Shown one piece after another: positions 48,561-57,623 of a stretch of 64,000 bases of DNA. The DNA lies in contig OY969696.1 in assembly GCA_963702005.1 (NCBI GenBank), forward strand, positions 2,304,001-2,368,000, written 5' to 3'. Under the pieces are notes generated by a model, which saw only the letters and a list, made by a program, of their open reading frames with translations, was not told the origin of the DNA and did no database searches. The stretch's first letter is position 1; the number at the start of each line of letters is the position of its first letter. Both the position numbers and the translations under genes were made by a program. This stretch comes from Candidatus Aminicenantes bacterium (GTDB taxonomy: Bacteria; Acidobacteriota; Aminicenantia; Aminicenantales; JAFGBC01).

Positions 48561-49430
48561 TTATCTCCAGACGTTGAATTTCTTGATGAGATGATCGGGG
48601 TGGTAGGATTGTTTGGCCCGCCGCAGCCCCTCGATCCCCATATCCTGTTCCCGGTTGATGGCGGCGAATCCCGGCCAGGCGTTCCGGACGAACTCGCGGT
48701 TGATGAGCTGGGCCAGGCCGTCGAAGGAAGGGTCGACGATCTCGATCATGATGACGGCCGTTTCCCGGTTGAGGCGGCCGCCGACCGAAAATGCGGCCAG
48801 ATGGCCGTCGACCTCGATCCCCCCGCCCTTGAGGCCGAGTTCCCCGAAATGGAGCAGGGCTTCTCCGACGACCGCACGCTGGGCCTCGAGATCCCATCCG
48901 TTGCCCGCCTTGGCCTCGAGCCAGTCGTCGAGGAGGCGGCGGCATTCGACGAGGCAATCGCCGCCGACCTCGACGTAGCGGTATCCGTGCTCCCTCTCGA
49001 ATTTGCGAATCCGGTTTCGCTTGCCGTCGTACTTTTTTCCTTTGAGCTCGGCCAGGTCCGAGTTCCGGTAGACATAGTCGAAATTGGCGGGATCGGGCTC
49101 CGACTTGAAATCCGGGCCGAGACTTAGGACCACGGATTCGGGAACCCGGCTGAGCCGGGGGGCGAGCGTCAGGCAGTCTTCGATCGTCTCCCGAAACGGC
49201 TCCTCGCCGACGGGCGGAAGGACAAAGGGCGGTTCGCCGGGCGGTTCGAACAGGATGCACAGGCGGCCGCGGATGATGGTCCAGTGCGGTTTCTCGATGG
49301 ACCGCCAGATGAAGATATTGGCAAAGCTGAGCTCGCAGACCTCGGGCGGGAATCTCTCCAGATAGCCGGTGATGAGGTCCATGTCTTCAAGGCCGACCGG
49401 CTTGAGAGCGGGGAAGTCGGGCGCGCTCAA
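48561..49430 (-). CDS. DUF2156 family protein
   Basis: SFANIFIW, FDYVY, L.G..Y..KRN, INREQDMGIEGLRRAK.SY.P; TTG start overlaps upstream stop. Confidence 0.82.
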   Translation of the reverse strand: MSAPDFPALKPVGLEDMDLITGYLERFPPEVCELSFANIFIWRSIEKPHWTIIRGRLCILFEPPGEPPFVLPPVGEEPFRETIEDCLTLAPRLSRVPESVVLSLGPDFKSEPDPANFDYVYRNSDLAELKGKKYDGKRNRIRKFEREHGYRYVEVGGDCLVECRRLLDDWLEAKAGNGWDLEAQRAVVGEALLHFGELGLKGGGIEVDGHLAAFSVGGRLNRETAVIMIEIVDPSFDGLAQLINREFVRNAWPGFAAINREQDMGIEGLRRAKQSYHPDHLIKKFNVWR

Positions 49431-49837
49431 CGGCCCCTCCGGACTAAAACGGCACAGCGGGCGACTTCGCAGCCGTCGCACCAGCCGACGGGCCTGGTCT
49501 GGAGCGATCGGGGGACGGTCGGGGCCGGGACGAATCCGAGCGAGGCGAACACCTCCGGCTTGATCGTCGCTAGATAGATGTCTCCGGAGACCTCGGCCAG
49601 GACCGCGGCGATGAGGGCGGTGGCCGTCCCTCGGCCGCGAAATTCTTCGGCGACGCCGACCGCGCAGAATTCACGGCTGTCGGGATGCTGTTTGAGCCCG
49701 CAGGTGGCGATGACGGCGCCGTCCGCCTCCGCGATCCAGAACGGGTCGTCTTCCATTCCGGGATAATCGAGGCCGAGCCTCTCGGCCAGCCGGCGGACGG
49801 CGGACCGGTCCTTGGCTTCCGAACGGCGGATACGCAT
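49427..49837 (-). CDS. GNAT acetyltransferase
   Basis: VGVAEEFRGRG, F..LGF; Cys-rich tail WCDGCEVARC. Confidence 0.8.
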   Translation of the reverse strand: MRIRRSEAKDRSAVRRLAERLGLDYPGMEDDPFWIAEADGAVIATCGLKQHPDSREFCAVGVAEEFRGRGTATALIAAVLAEVSGDIYLATIKPEVFASLGFVPAPTVPRSLQTRPVGWCDGCEVARCAVLVRRGR

Positions 49838-49930
49838 GAGCGGCTATTATACCGGAAATAGCTCCTTGCGACCTATAGCCGCTTCAAATCGTATCCGTTC
49901 AGGGTTGACCCGTTCGCCGACGGCAGCCTT

Positions 49931-49974
49931 GCAGCACTCAGACTAAGCCGAAAACGGCTTAGTCTGGGTACTGC
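49931..49974. repeat. 20-bp-arm inverted repeat within structured non-coding region
   Basis: GCAGCACTCAGACTAAGCCG-AAAA-CGGCTTAGTCTGGGTACTGC (18/20). Confidence 0.75.
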
Positions 49975-50089
49975 GAAACGCCTGCACTCATGGATTTCAT
50001 GAGGTAACATGATAGCGAAACGCACCCCCTGACGGGTAATGCTGTGATAGATTACACGTCGACTCAAATTCTTTTAAGGAGGTGCGCAG

Positions 50090-51121
50090 ATGTATTTTAT
50101 CGGTGTCGACCATCACAAGCAAGCCTCTCAGCTGACGGTTCTGGCCGAAGACGGACGGGAACTGAAGACGGGGCGCGTCTTCAACCTCAGGAGGAATGTC
50201 GAGACCTTCCTCAAGGGGTTTCATCCGTTCACGGCCGTTCTCGAAGCTGGGCGGTCCTCCTATGTGATGGCGGATCTTCTCAGGGAACTGGGCGGCGAGG
50301 TGAAAATGGCGAATGCGCTTCAGGTCAAAGCGATCGCCCATGCCCGGATCAAGACGGACAAGCGGGATTCCCGGACACTGGCCCAGCTTTTACGGGCGGA
50401 CCTGATTCCGGAAATCTATCAACGAGGCGAGGCGAACCGGCAAGCGCAAAGAGTGCTGAGAGCCCGGGCCTATTGGGTTCGGATCCAGACGGAAATCAAG
50501 AACAAGATCCGGGCGCTCTTGGCTCAGCAGAAGGAAGAGATCCGGCTGGAGGTGGACAAGCGAACGGGCGGGCTGTTCAGCGGCCGCGGGATCGAGTTCC
50601 TCAGCCGGCTTCCCTTGGAGGGACCGGACAAGATGGTCTTGGACGATCTTCTGCGGGGACATCAAGAAACCCAAGCTCATATCAAGGCGTCGGATGGAAG
50701 GGTCCAAGCCTTGTATGGAACGATCGAGGAGGCCTCCCGCATCGACAGCATCCCGGGTTTTGCCACGACGCTGGCGGTACTGGTCGCGGTGGAGATCGCG
50801 GATATCCAACGGTTTTCCAGTCCGGCCCATCTGCACTCCTACGCCGGGGTGATTCCTTCGACCTATGCGTCGGGAGAGCGGACATATCATGGGCGGATCA
50901 CCAAACAGGGGAGCGCCTGGCTGAGATGGGCGGCGCTGGAGGCGGTCTATCCGGCGATCAAGAAAGACCTAGGACTTCGAGTCCTCTACAACCGGCTGGC
51001 CAGGCGGAAGGGGCCGAACGCGGCCAAGATCGCGGTGGCGCGGCGGCTCCTGACCATTATCTATCGCATCTTGACCGAGAAAAGAACGTATCTCCCGGAC
51101 ATGAATCGATCGGCTGCCTAG
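50090..51121 (+). CDS. IS110 family transposase/recombinase
   Basis: IGVDHHK, LEA, KTDKRD (DEDD), SIPG, SYAG..P...SG, A.ARRL. Confidence 0.95.
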   Translation: MYFIGVDHHKQASQLTVLAEDGRELKTGRVFNLRRNVETFLKGFHPFTAVLEAGRSSYVMADLLRELGGEVKMANALQVKAIAHARIKTDKRDSRTLAQLLRADLIPEIYQRGEANRQAQRVLRARAYWVRIQTEIKNKIRALLAQQKEEIRLEVDKRTGGLFSGRGIEFLSRLPLEGPDKMVLDDLLRGHQETQAHIKASDGRVQALYGTIEEASRIDSIPGFATTLAVLVAVEIADIQRFSSPAHLHSYAGVIPSTYASGERTYHGRITKQGSAWLRWAALEAVYPAIKKDLGLRVLYNRLARRKGPNAAKIAVARRLLTIIYRILTEKRTYLPDMNRSAA

Positions 51122-51277
51122 GACGACACTTAACGGACTCGCGAGAGTCGCGTTCTCCATGAGGTTTAGGAGCCGAGACCGGATATTACAGTGCGCTTAG
51201 AGGCGCGGATAGAAGGGTGGTTCAAGAAACCGAGGCAGCCATAAGGAGCGAAGATAAGAAAAAAGACTCTCGGGGCT
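51122..51277 (+). ncRNA. Predicted bridge/seek RNA
   Basis: Segments match target (CATGAG; GATATT) and circle junction (ATAGAAGG); boundaries approximate. Confidence 0.6.
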
Positions 51278-51308
51278 TGCGTTTCGCCATCATAGAAGTA
51301 TCGAGGGG

Positions 51309-51337
51309 TTGACAGGAAATCGCTTCTCGGCTATATC
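51309..51337 (+). promoter_or_regulatory. Sigma-70 promoter
   Basis: TTGACA-N17-TATATC. Confidence 0.6.
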
Positions 51338-51356
51338 GAAACGAGAGATCAGGGAC

Positions 51357-52373
51357 ATGGTGACGCCGCGCGACCTCGTCAAGAGGGCGGTCGAATTCGG
51401 CCGGCCGTCCCGGGTCCCCCTCCAGCTCTGGTTCCTGCCTTGGGCTGAGGAGCATTACCCCCGCGAGCTGAAGGCCATCCGCGACGCCTATCCCGACGAC
51501 ATCCTGAGCGCGCCCTGCATCGCGAAGTCCGGCCTCCTGGCCGATCCTCCCCAGCGCTATCGGACGGGCGTCTTCGTAGACGAGTGGGGCTGCATATTCG
51601 AGAACGCCCAGAGCGGCCTGATCGGACAAGTTCACAGGCCGCTGATCGCCGACTGGGGAGACCTGGATAAGCTCCGCACGCCGGTCCAATACCTCGACCT
51701 GGACCGCGGGGCCATTAACGCTTTCTGCCGGGCCGAGGGCCGCTTCGTCCTGGCCGGCGTCTGGCTCCGGCCCTTCGAGCGCCTCCAGTTCCTGCGGACG
51801 ACCGAGACGCTGTACCTGGACTTGGCCGAGCGCCGCCCCGAGCTGTTCGAGCTCCTCCGGCGCGTCCACGCCTTTTACTGCGCCCAGGCCGAGGGTTGGG
51901 GGCGGACCGAGGTAGACGCGCTCTGCATTATGGACGACTGGGGGGCTCAATCCTCTCTCCTGATCGCGCCGTCGCTGTGGCGGGAGATCTTCAAGCCCCT
52001 CTACCGGGACTATATCGCCATCGCCCGGCGCCACCGAAAATACGTTTTCTTCCATTCCGACGGCTACATTCTCGATATCATCCCAGACCTCGTCGAGCTC
52101 GGCGTCCATGCCTTGAACGCCCAAATCTTCTGCATGGGACTCGAGCCGCTGGCCGCGAGGTTCCGGGGGCGGATCACGTTCTGGGGCGAGATCGACCGCC
52201 AACATCTTCTGGCTTTCGCTGCCCCGGGCGAGGTTGCCCGGGCCGTCCGGGAGGTCCATGCCCGTCTCTCCGCCGAGGGCGGCGTCATCGGCCAGTGCGA
52301 ATTCGGGGCCGGCGCCCGCCCCGAAAACGTCGAGGCCGTTTTCAGGACTTGGCGGGAGGTCGGAGAAGCCTGA
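51357..52373 (+). CDS. Uroporphyrinogen decarboxylase / MtaA-like family protein
   Basis: DEWG, DDWG.Q, FHSDG, FWGEIDRQ, QCE. Confidence 0.82.
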   Translation: MVTPRDLVKRAVEFGRPSRVPLQLWFLPWAEEHYPRELKAIRDAYPDDILSAPCIAKSGLLADPPQRYRTGVFVDEWGCIFENAQSGLIGQVHRPLIADWGDLDKLRTPVQYLDLDRGAINAFCRAEGRFVLAGVWLRPFERLQFLRTTETLYLDLAERRPELFELLRRVHAFYCAQAEGWGRTEVDALCIMDDWGAQSSLLIAPSLWREIFKPLYRDYIAIARRHRKYVFFHSDGYILDIIPDLVELGVHALNAQIFCMGLEPLAARFRGRITFWGEIDRQHLLAFAAPGEVARAVREVHARLSAEGGVIGQCEFGAGARPENVEAVFRTWREVGEA

Positions 52374-52374
52374 C

Positions 52375-53364
52375 ATGACGCGTTGGCGGAAGACGGTCGG
52401 TCTGAGCCTCGCCATCGCCGCCGCCGCACTTCTCGCGGCTTGCAGGGGCGGAGATGCGCCGCGGCGCGGCAGGCCCGTCATCGCCGTCATTCCGATGGGG
52501 ACGACCCACGAGTTCTGGAAGACCATCCATGCCGGGGCCCTGACCGCCTCCCGCGAGTGCGGCGTCGAGATCATCTGGAAAGGGCCGCTCAAGGAGGATG
52601 ACCGCAACGAGCAGGTCCAGATCGTCGAAACCCTGGCCGCCTCCGGCATCCAGGCCCTGGTCCTGTCGCCGATCGACGACCGGGCTCTCATCCCCCCGGT
52701 CATCGAGGCCGGGCGAGCCGGTGTCCCGACCGTGATCTTCAACTCCGCCCTGCAGGGCGACCTCCAGGTTGCCTACGTCTCGACCGACAATTATCGGGGG
52801 GGCGTCCTGGCCGCCGAACACGTCGGCCGCCTCCTCGCGGGGAAGGGGAACCTGATCCTGGTCCGGGTCAAGGAGGGCGTCGAGGGGTCGACCAAGCGCG
52901 AGGAGGGGTTCCTGGCCGTGATCCGCTCCCGTTTTCCGGGGATCCGCATCCTGTCCGATAACCAGTACGCCGGGACCTCCACCGAAACGGCCTACCAGAC
53001 CTGCGAGAATTTATTGGGCAGGTTTCCCGAGACGGACGCGATCTTCACGCCCAACGAATCGACCACGTTCGGCTGTTTGCGAGCGATCGAGGATTTGGGC
53101 CTGGCCGGCAAGATCATCCACGTCGGCTTCGACTCGTCGGCCAAGCTCGTCGAAGCACTCGGAACGGGCGTCATCGCCGGCCTCATCGTCCAGGACCCGT
53201 TCGCCATGGGCTATCGGAGCGTCCAAATCGCGGCCGCCGTTATCGAGGGCCGGCCCTATGAAAAGACCGTCGACACCGGCGTCTTTCTGGCGACGCCCGA
53301 GAACCGGAACGATCCCGCCATCCGCAGGCTTCTCCTCCCCGACCTGTCCATCCTGGGCGAGTGA
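52375..53364 (+). CDS. Sugar ABC substrate-binding lipoprotein (RbsB-like)
   Basis: Lipobox LAAC; HEFW, TDNY.GG, R..GF, VGFD, VQDP..MG. Confidence 0.88.
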   Translation: MTRWRKTVGLSLAIAAAALLAACRGGDAPRRGRPVIAVIPMGTTHEFWKTIHAGALTASRECGVEIIWKGPLKEDDRNEQVQIVETLAASGIQALVLSPIDDRALIPPVIEAGRAGVPTVIFNSALQGDLQVAYVSTDNYRGGVLAAEHVGRLLAGKGNLILVRVKEGVEGSTKREEGFLAVIRSRFPGIRILSDNQYAGTSTETAYQTCENLLGRFPETDAIFTPNESTTFGCLRAIEDLGLAGKIIHVGFDSSAKLVEALGTGVIAGLIVQDPFAMGYRSVQIAAAVIEGRPYEKTVDTGVFLATPENRNDPAIRRLLLPDLSILGE

Positions 53365-53460
53365 GAGGGCGGTCACTCCCCGCTAAATTGACCCCGGCCC
53401 TGTCTTGTGGTAGAACAAAATCCTCCCATGATTCCGATTCCTGTGACGGAGGTCTTGATA

Positions 53461-55575
53461 ATGAAAAAAATTCTTGGACTCAGCCTCATCGTCTTTATCG
53501 TCCTCCTGACCGCATGTCATTCGAGGTCGGCGAAGCCGACTTATCCGGCTACCAAGAAAGTCGATCAGGTCGACGATTATTTCGGGACCAAGGTTGCCGA
53601 TCCCTACCGCTGGCTCGAGGACGACAACGCCGCGGAGGTCAAGGCCTGGGTTCAGGCCGAGAACGCCGTGACGCTCGGCTATTTGGAGAAGATTCCGTTC
53701 CGGGAAAAACTCCGCCGTCGGCTGACCGATGTTTTTAATTATCCCCGCTACTCGTCGCCGCTCAGGGTCGGTGAGTATTATTTCTTCTACAAGAACGACG
53801 GTCTCCAGAACCAGTCCATCATCTACATCCAAAAAGGGCTGGACGGGACGCCCCAGGTTTTCATCGACCCCAACCTCCTGTCCGAGGACGGAACGGTCCG
53901 GGTCGGCCTCATCGGCGCTTCCCATGACGACCGCTACATGGCCGTTTCGCGCTCGGAGGCCGGCTCCGACTGGTCCGAGATCCGGATCATGGAGGTCGCG
54001 ACCAAACAGGAGCTCAGCGACCGGGTCCGCTGGGTCAAGTTCTCGGGCGCGGCTTGGCAGGGCGGCGGATTCTACTACAGCGGTTACGAGGCGCCGGCCC
54101 CCGGCCAGGAGCTGACCGCCCGCAATGAACACCAGAAAATTTTCTACCATAAGCTCGGCGATCCCCAGGATAAGGACACCCTCGTCTTCGAAGACCGGGA
54201 TCACCCGCTCCGTTACCTGGGCGCCGACATCACCGAGGACGAAAAGTTCCTGTTCCTGAACATTTCGGAAGGGACGTCGGGGAACGAGGTTCGCTGGCGC
54301 GACCTCTCCTCCAAGGACGCGGCCTTCAAGGTCCTCGTGCCCGGCTTCGCCAACGACAGCGGGGTCATCGACGCCGTGGGCGACAAGGTCCTTATCTATA
54401 CCAACATCGACGCCCCGAATTATCGGGTCGTCCTGGCCGATCCCAAGAAGCCGGCCAAAGAGAACTGGGCGGCCGTTATCCCCGAAAAGCCCGAGGTCTT
54501 GAGCGGTGCCGCCACGGCCGGCGGCCGCCTCTACTGCACCTACCTTAAGGACGCCAACACGAAGATCTTCGAGCACGACCTGGCCGGCGCGCTCATCCGC
54601 GAGATCGGGCTCCCGGCCCTGGGGACGGCCGGCGGCTTCTACGGGAAAAGGGACGAAAAGGTCCTGTTCTACACTTTCACCTCGTTCACCTTCCCGCCCT
54701 CGATCTACAAATACGACATCGCCTCCGGGACTTCCGCCCTCTTCCGGCGGGCCGAGGTCCAGTTCAATCCCGAGGACTACGAAACCCGACAAGTTTTCTA
54801 TCCGAGCAAGGACGGGACGCGGGTCCCAATGTTCCTCGTCTTCAAGAAGGGCCTCCGCCAGGATGGCCGGAACCCGATCTTCCTGACCGGCTACGGCGGC
54901 TTCAATATCAGCGAACTTCCCTATTTCAGCCCGAGCCGGATCGTCCTCCTCGAGAACGGCTGCGTCTTCGCCACCCCCAACCTCCGGGGCGGCGGCGAGT
55001 ACGGCGAGACCTGGCACAAGGCCGGGATGCTTCTCAATAAACAGAACGTTTTCGACGACTTCATCGCCGCGGCCAAGTACCTCGTACGGGAGAAGTACGG
55101 CTCACCCGACAAGATCGCCATCTCCGGCGGCTCGAACGGAGGCCTCCTGGTCGGGGCGGCCATGACTCAGCGGCCGGACTTGTTTAGGGTCGCGTTGCCT
55201 GCCGTCGGCGTCATGGACATGCTGCGCTTCCACAAATTCACCGTCGGCTGGGGATGGGCCGTCGAGTACGGCTCGAGCGACAGCGAGGAGAACTTCCGGA
55301 ACCTCTATAAATACTCGCCCCTTCACGCCCTCAAGGACGGCGTCTCCTACCCGGCGACGCTGGCGACGACGGCGGACCACGACGACCGGGTCGTTCCCGC
55401 CCATTCGTTCAAGTTCATCGCCGCCCTGCAGGAGAAAAACAAGGGCTCCTATCCCGTCCTGATCAGGATCGAAACCCGCTCCGGCCACGGTTCCTCGAGC
55501 ACCCAAAAGGCCATCGACGAACTGACCGACGAATACTCGTTCATGTTCTATAACCTGGGCGTCAAGGTTCACTGA
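53461..55575 (+). CDS. Prolyl oligopeptidase (S9A) lipoprotein
   Basis: Lipobox LTAC; DPYRWLE, GGSNGG, HDDRV, SGHG. Confidence 0.95.
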   Translation: MKKILGLSLIVFIVLLTACHSRSAKPTYPATKKVDQVDDYFGTKVADPYRWLEDDNAAEVKAWVQAENAVTLGYLEKIPFREKLRRRLTDVFNYPRYSSPLRVGEYYFFYKNDGLQNQSIIYIQKGLDGTPQVFIDPNLLSEDGTVRVGLIGASHDDRYMAVSRSEAGSDWSEIRIMEVATKQELSDRVRWVKFSGAAWQGGGFYYSGYEAPAPGQELTARNEHQKIFYHKLGDPQDKDTLVFEDRDHPLRYLGADITEDEKFLFLNISEGTSGNEVRWRDLSSKDAAFKVLVPGFANDSGVIDAVGDKVLIYTNIDAPNYRVVLADPKKPAKENWAAVIPEKPEVLSGAATAGGRLYCTYLKDANTKIFEHDLAGALIREIGLPALGTAGGFYGKRDEKVLFYTFTSFTFPPSIYKYDIASGTSALFRRAEVQFNPEDYETRQVFYPSKDGTRVPMFLVFKKGLRQDGRNPIFLTGYGGFNISELPYFSPSRIVLLENGCVFATPNLRGGGEYGETWHKAGMLLNKQNVFDDFIAAAKYLVREKYGSPDKIAISGGSNGGLLVGAAMTQRPDLFRVALPAVGVMDMLRFHKFTVGWGWAVEYGSSDSEENFRNLYKYSPLHALKDGVSYPATLATTADHDDRVVPAHSFKFIAALQEKNKGSYPVLIRIETRSGHGSSSTQKAIDELTDEYSFMFYNLGVKVH

Positions 55576-55613
55576 GGAGGCTCGGCAAGGGGCTCGCCGT
55601 GGACGGAGCGGGC

Positions 55614-56474
55614 ATGGATCGGCCGCCGTTAAAAACCGTCGTCGTCACCGGCGCTTCGAGCGGAATCGGCCGCGCGACGGCGCTGGCCCTCGACAGGGCC
55701 GGCTTCCGGGTTTTCGCCGGCGTCCGGACTCGTGAGGCGGCCGAATCCCTGCGCAGGGAAGCGTCCTCCCGGCTGGCCGCGCTCCGGTTGGATGTGACCG
55801 ACGCCGACGAGGTCGCGACGGCGGCCGAGGAAGTCCGCTCGGCCGCGGGGCCGGAGCCGGAGCTGGCGGCCCTGGTCAGCAACGCTGGGATCGTGTCCGC
55901 GGTCGGCCCGCTCGAATTCATCGGGACGGAGGCCGTTCGACTCCAGCTCGAGGTCAACCTCATCGGCCATCTCACGGTCGTGAAAGCGTTCCTTCCCCTG
56001 CTCAGGATGTCCCGGGGACGGATCGTCGTTATCGGTTCCGGCAACGGCCGGATGCCCCTTCCTCTGCTGGGTCCTTACGACGCGGCCGAGCACGCTCTCG
56101 AGGCCGTCTGCGATGTTCTACGCGCGGAGCTCCGGCCCTGGCGGATCCGGGTCAGCCTGATCGAACCGAGCCTAACCCGAACGGCCCTTTGGGAAAAAGG
56201 CGAAAGGGCGACCATCAAACCGGACGACATGGAGCCTCCCGACGTCCGGGACATTTACGCCCGGATGATTGAGAAAGGCTGGGGCTTGATGAGGAGGATG
56301 TACCGGCGCTCGGCGGCTCCGCCCGAGCGGATCGCCGCCGCGGTGCTCAAGGTCCTGAAGAGCCGAAGACCGAAAGCCCGCTATGCCGTCGGTCCCTTCT
56401 CAAGGCTGTTTCGTTTCTTTCCGCTCCTGCCCAAACGGGTCCTGGATTATTTCAACGACATCGTCCTTCGCTGA
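55614..56474 (+). CDS. SDR family oxidoreductase (atypical YxxxE)
   Basis: TGASSGIG, SNAG, YDAAE. Confidence 0.85.
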   Translation: MDRPPLKTVVVTGASSGIGRATALALDRAGFRVFAGVRTREAAESLRREASSRLAALRLDVTDADEVATAAEEVRSAAGPEPELAALVSNAGIVSAVGPLEFIGTEAVRLQLEVNLIGHLTVVKAFLPLLRMSRGRIVVIGSGNGRMPLPLLGPYDAAEHALEAVCDVLRAELRPWRIRVSLIEPSLTRTALWEKGERATIKPDDMEPPDVRDIYARMIEKGWGLMRRMYRRSAAPPERIAAAVLKVLKSRRPKARYAVGPFSRLFRFFPLLPKRVLDYFNDIVLR

Positions 56475-56490
56475 GGACCGGTCGCCGCGC

Positions 56491-57570
56491 TCAGGGGAGA
56501 TAACCAAAGTCCCGCAGGAGCGGGCCGCAGATCCGCTCGACGACGTCGTATTCGCCGTAGGCGTTGGTGTGGCCGATGACGCCGATGCCGTCCCGCTTCT
56601 CCGCGAACAGGCTGTTGTCCGGCCGCGGGGGAGGGAGCTCGCAGAATGCCAGAATACCGTCGATTTCCTCGGCGGGGCGGGCCAGGAGGTCTTCGTAGCG
56701 GACTTCGTGCAGGGCGCGCAGCCGGGGCCGGATGGAGCGAAGGAACGCGGCGGCCTCATTCCAGAGGTGGGCCATGGTCCGGATATCGTCCAGTCCGTAG
56801 GTCTCGGCGATGCGGGCGAATCCGGGAAAACGGGGATAGGGAGCGCTCCCGCCTTTGACCGTCATCCGGAATCCGCGTCGCTGGAGATAGTCTCGGAGGA
56901 TCCGCCTGAGCTTGAGCAGGGAGTTGGCGGTCGGCCTGGGATCCCGGATGATGTGGATGAATCGTGCGTCCGGGAAGAGGTCCTGGACGACGAGGACATG
57001 CGGGTAAAGTCCCAGGATTTTGGAGAAAAACCGGGATCCGGAGACTCCAAAATACCAGATGATTTTGCGCAGGATCGTCCGGATCGTTTCGACGTCTTCC
57101 GGGTTCAAGTCCTGATCGCGGATGTCCCGGTAGGCGAGAGACGCGGGATCTATGCGGAATAGGATGTTCCAGAGGGCGGTCGCGTCGCTGGGCGATCCTC
57201 CGGAGACGGTCAGACTGTCGCCCAGGAAACGCTCGGCCTTGAAATCGAGCCGCAGGCGGCGGCGGATATCTTCGATCGCGCAGGGCCAGCGGGGAAAGAG
57301 CTGCATGGTGTTGGTCAGATAGGCAACTCTGTCGTGGGCGCAGATAAGGTCTTGAAGCACGGTCGTTCCCGAGCGGGGGAGGCCGATCAGGAAAATGGGC
57401 CGGTCGATCTCGATCCGGCTTATATCGACCTTGATGACGTGGTCCTCGTACCAACTGAGGAATCGGCCGATCCAGCGGGGGGAAGGAGAGTCGAAAAAAG
57501 GCTGATCGCGGGCCAAGCGGCGCATCAAGATCCGTGAGCGCAAATTCGGATAGCTGACCGATTTGATCAT
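56491..57570 (-). CDS. Sulfotransferase family protein
   Basis: PIFLIGLPRSGTT, IIRDP....S, RYEDL. Confidence 0.88.
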   Translation of the reverse strand: MIKSVSYPNLRSRILMRRLARDQPFFDSPSPRWIGRFLSWYEDHVIKVDISRIEIDRPIFLIGLPRSGTTVLQDLICAHDRVAYLTNTMQLFPRWPCAIEDIRRRLRLDFKAERFLGDSLTVSGGSPSDATALWNILFRIDPASLAYRDIRDQDLNPEDVETIRTILRKIIWYFGVSGSRFFSKILGLYPHVLVVQDLFPDARFIHIIRDPRPTANSLLKLRRILRDYLQRRGFRMTVKGGSAPYPRFPGFARIAETYGLDDIRTMAHLWNEAAAFLRSIRPRLRALHEVRYEDLLARPAEEIDGILAFCELPPPRPDNSLFAEKRDGIGVIGHTNAYGEYDVVERICGPLLRDFGYLP

Positions 57571-57623
57571 CGAATTCTCATATTATCAAGCCGCAAGGCC
57601 CGTTGTCCACACTTCATTCGCGA

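Larger units (their letters stand above)
50002..51298 (+). mobile_element. IS110 family, IS1111-type element
   Basis: Sub-terminal IRs ATGATAGCGAAACGCA (50009-50024) / TGCGTTTCGCCATCAT (51278-51293), 15/16; long 3' non-coding region; AG core at both ends. Confidence 0.85.

Noticed and set aside
49893-49995. SRP RNA, 6S RNA, c-di-GMP riboswitch or hammerhead/HDV ribozyme
   Set aside because: Core consensus motifs were not found in the right order by eye.
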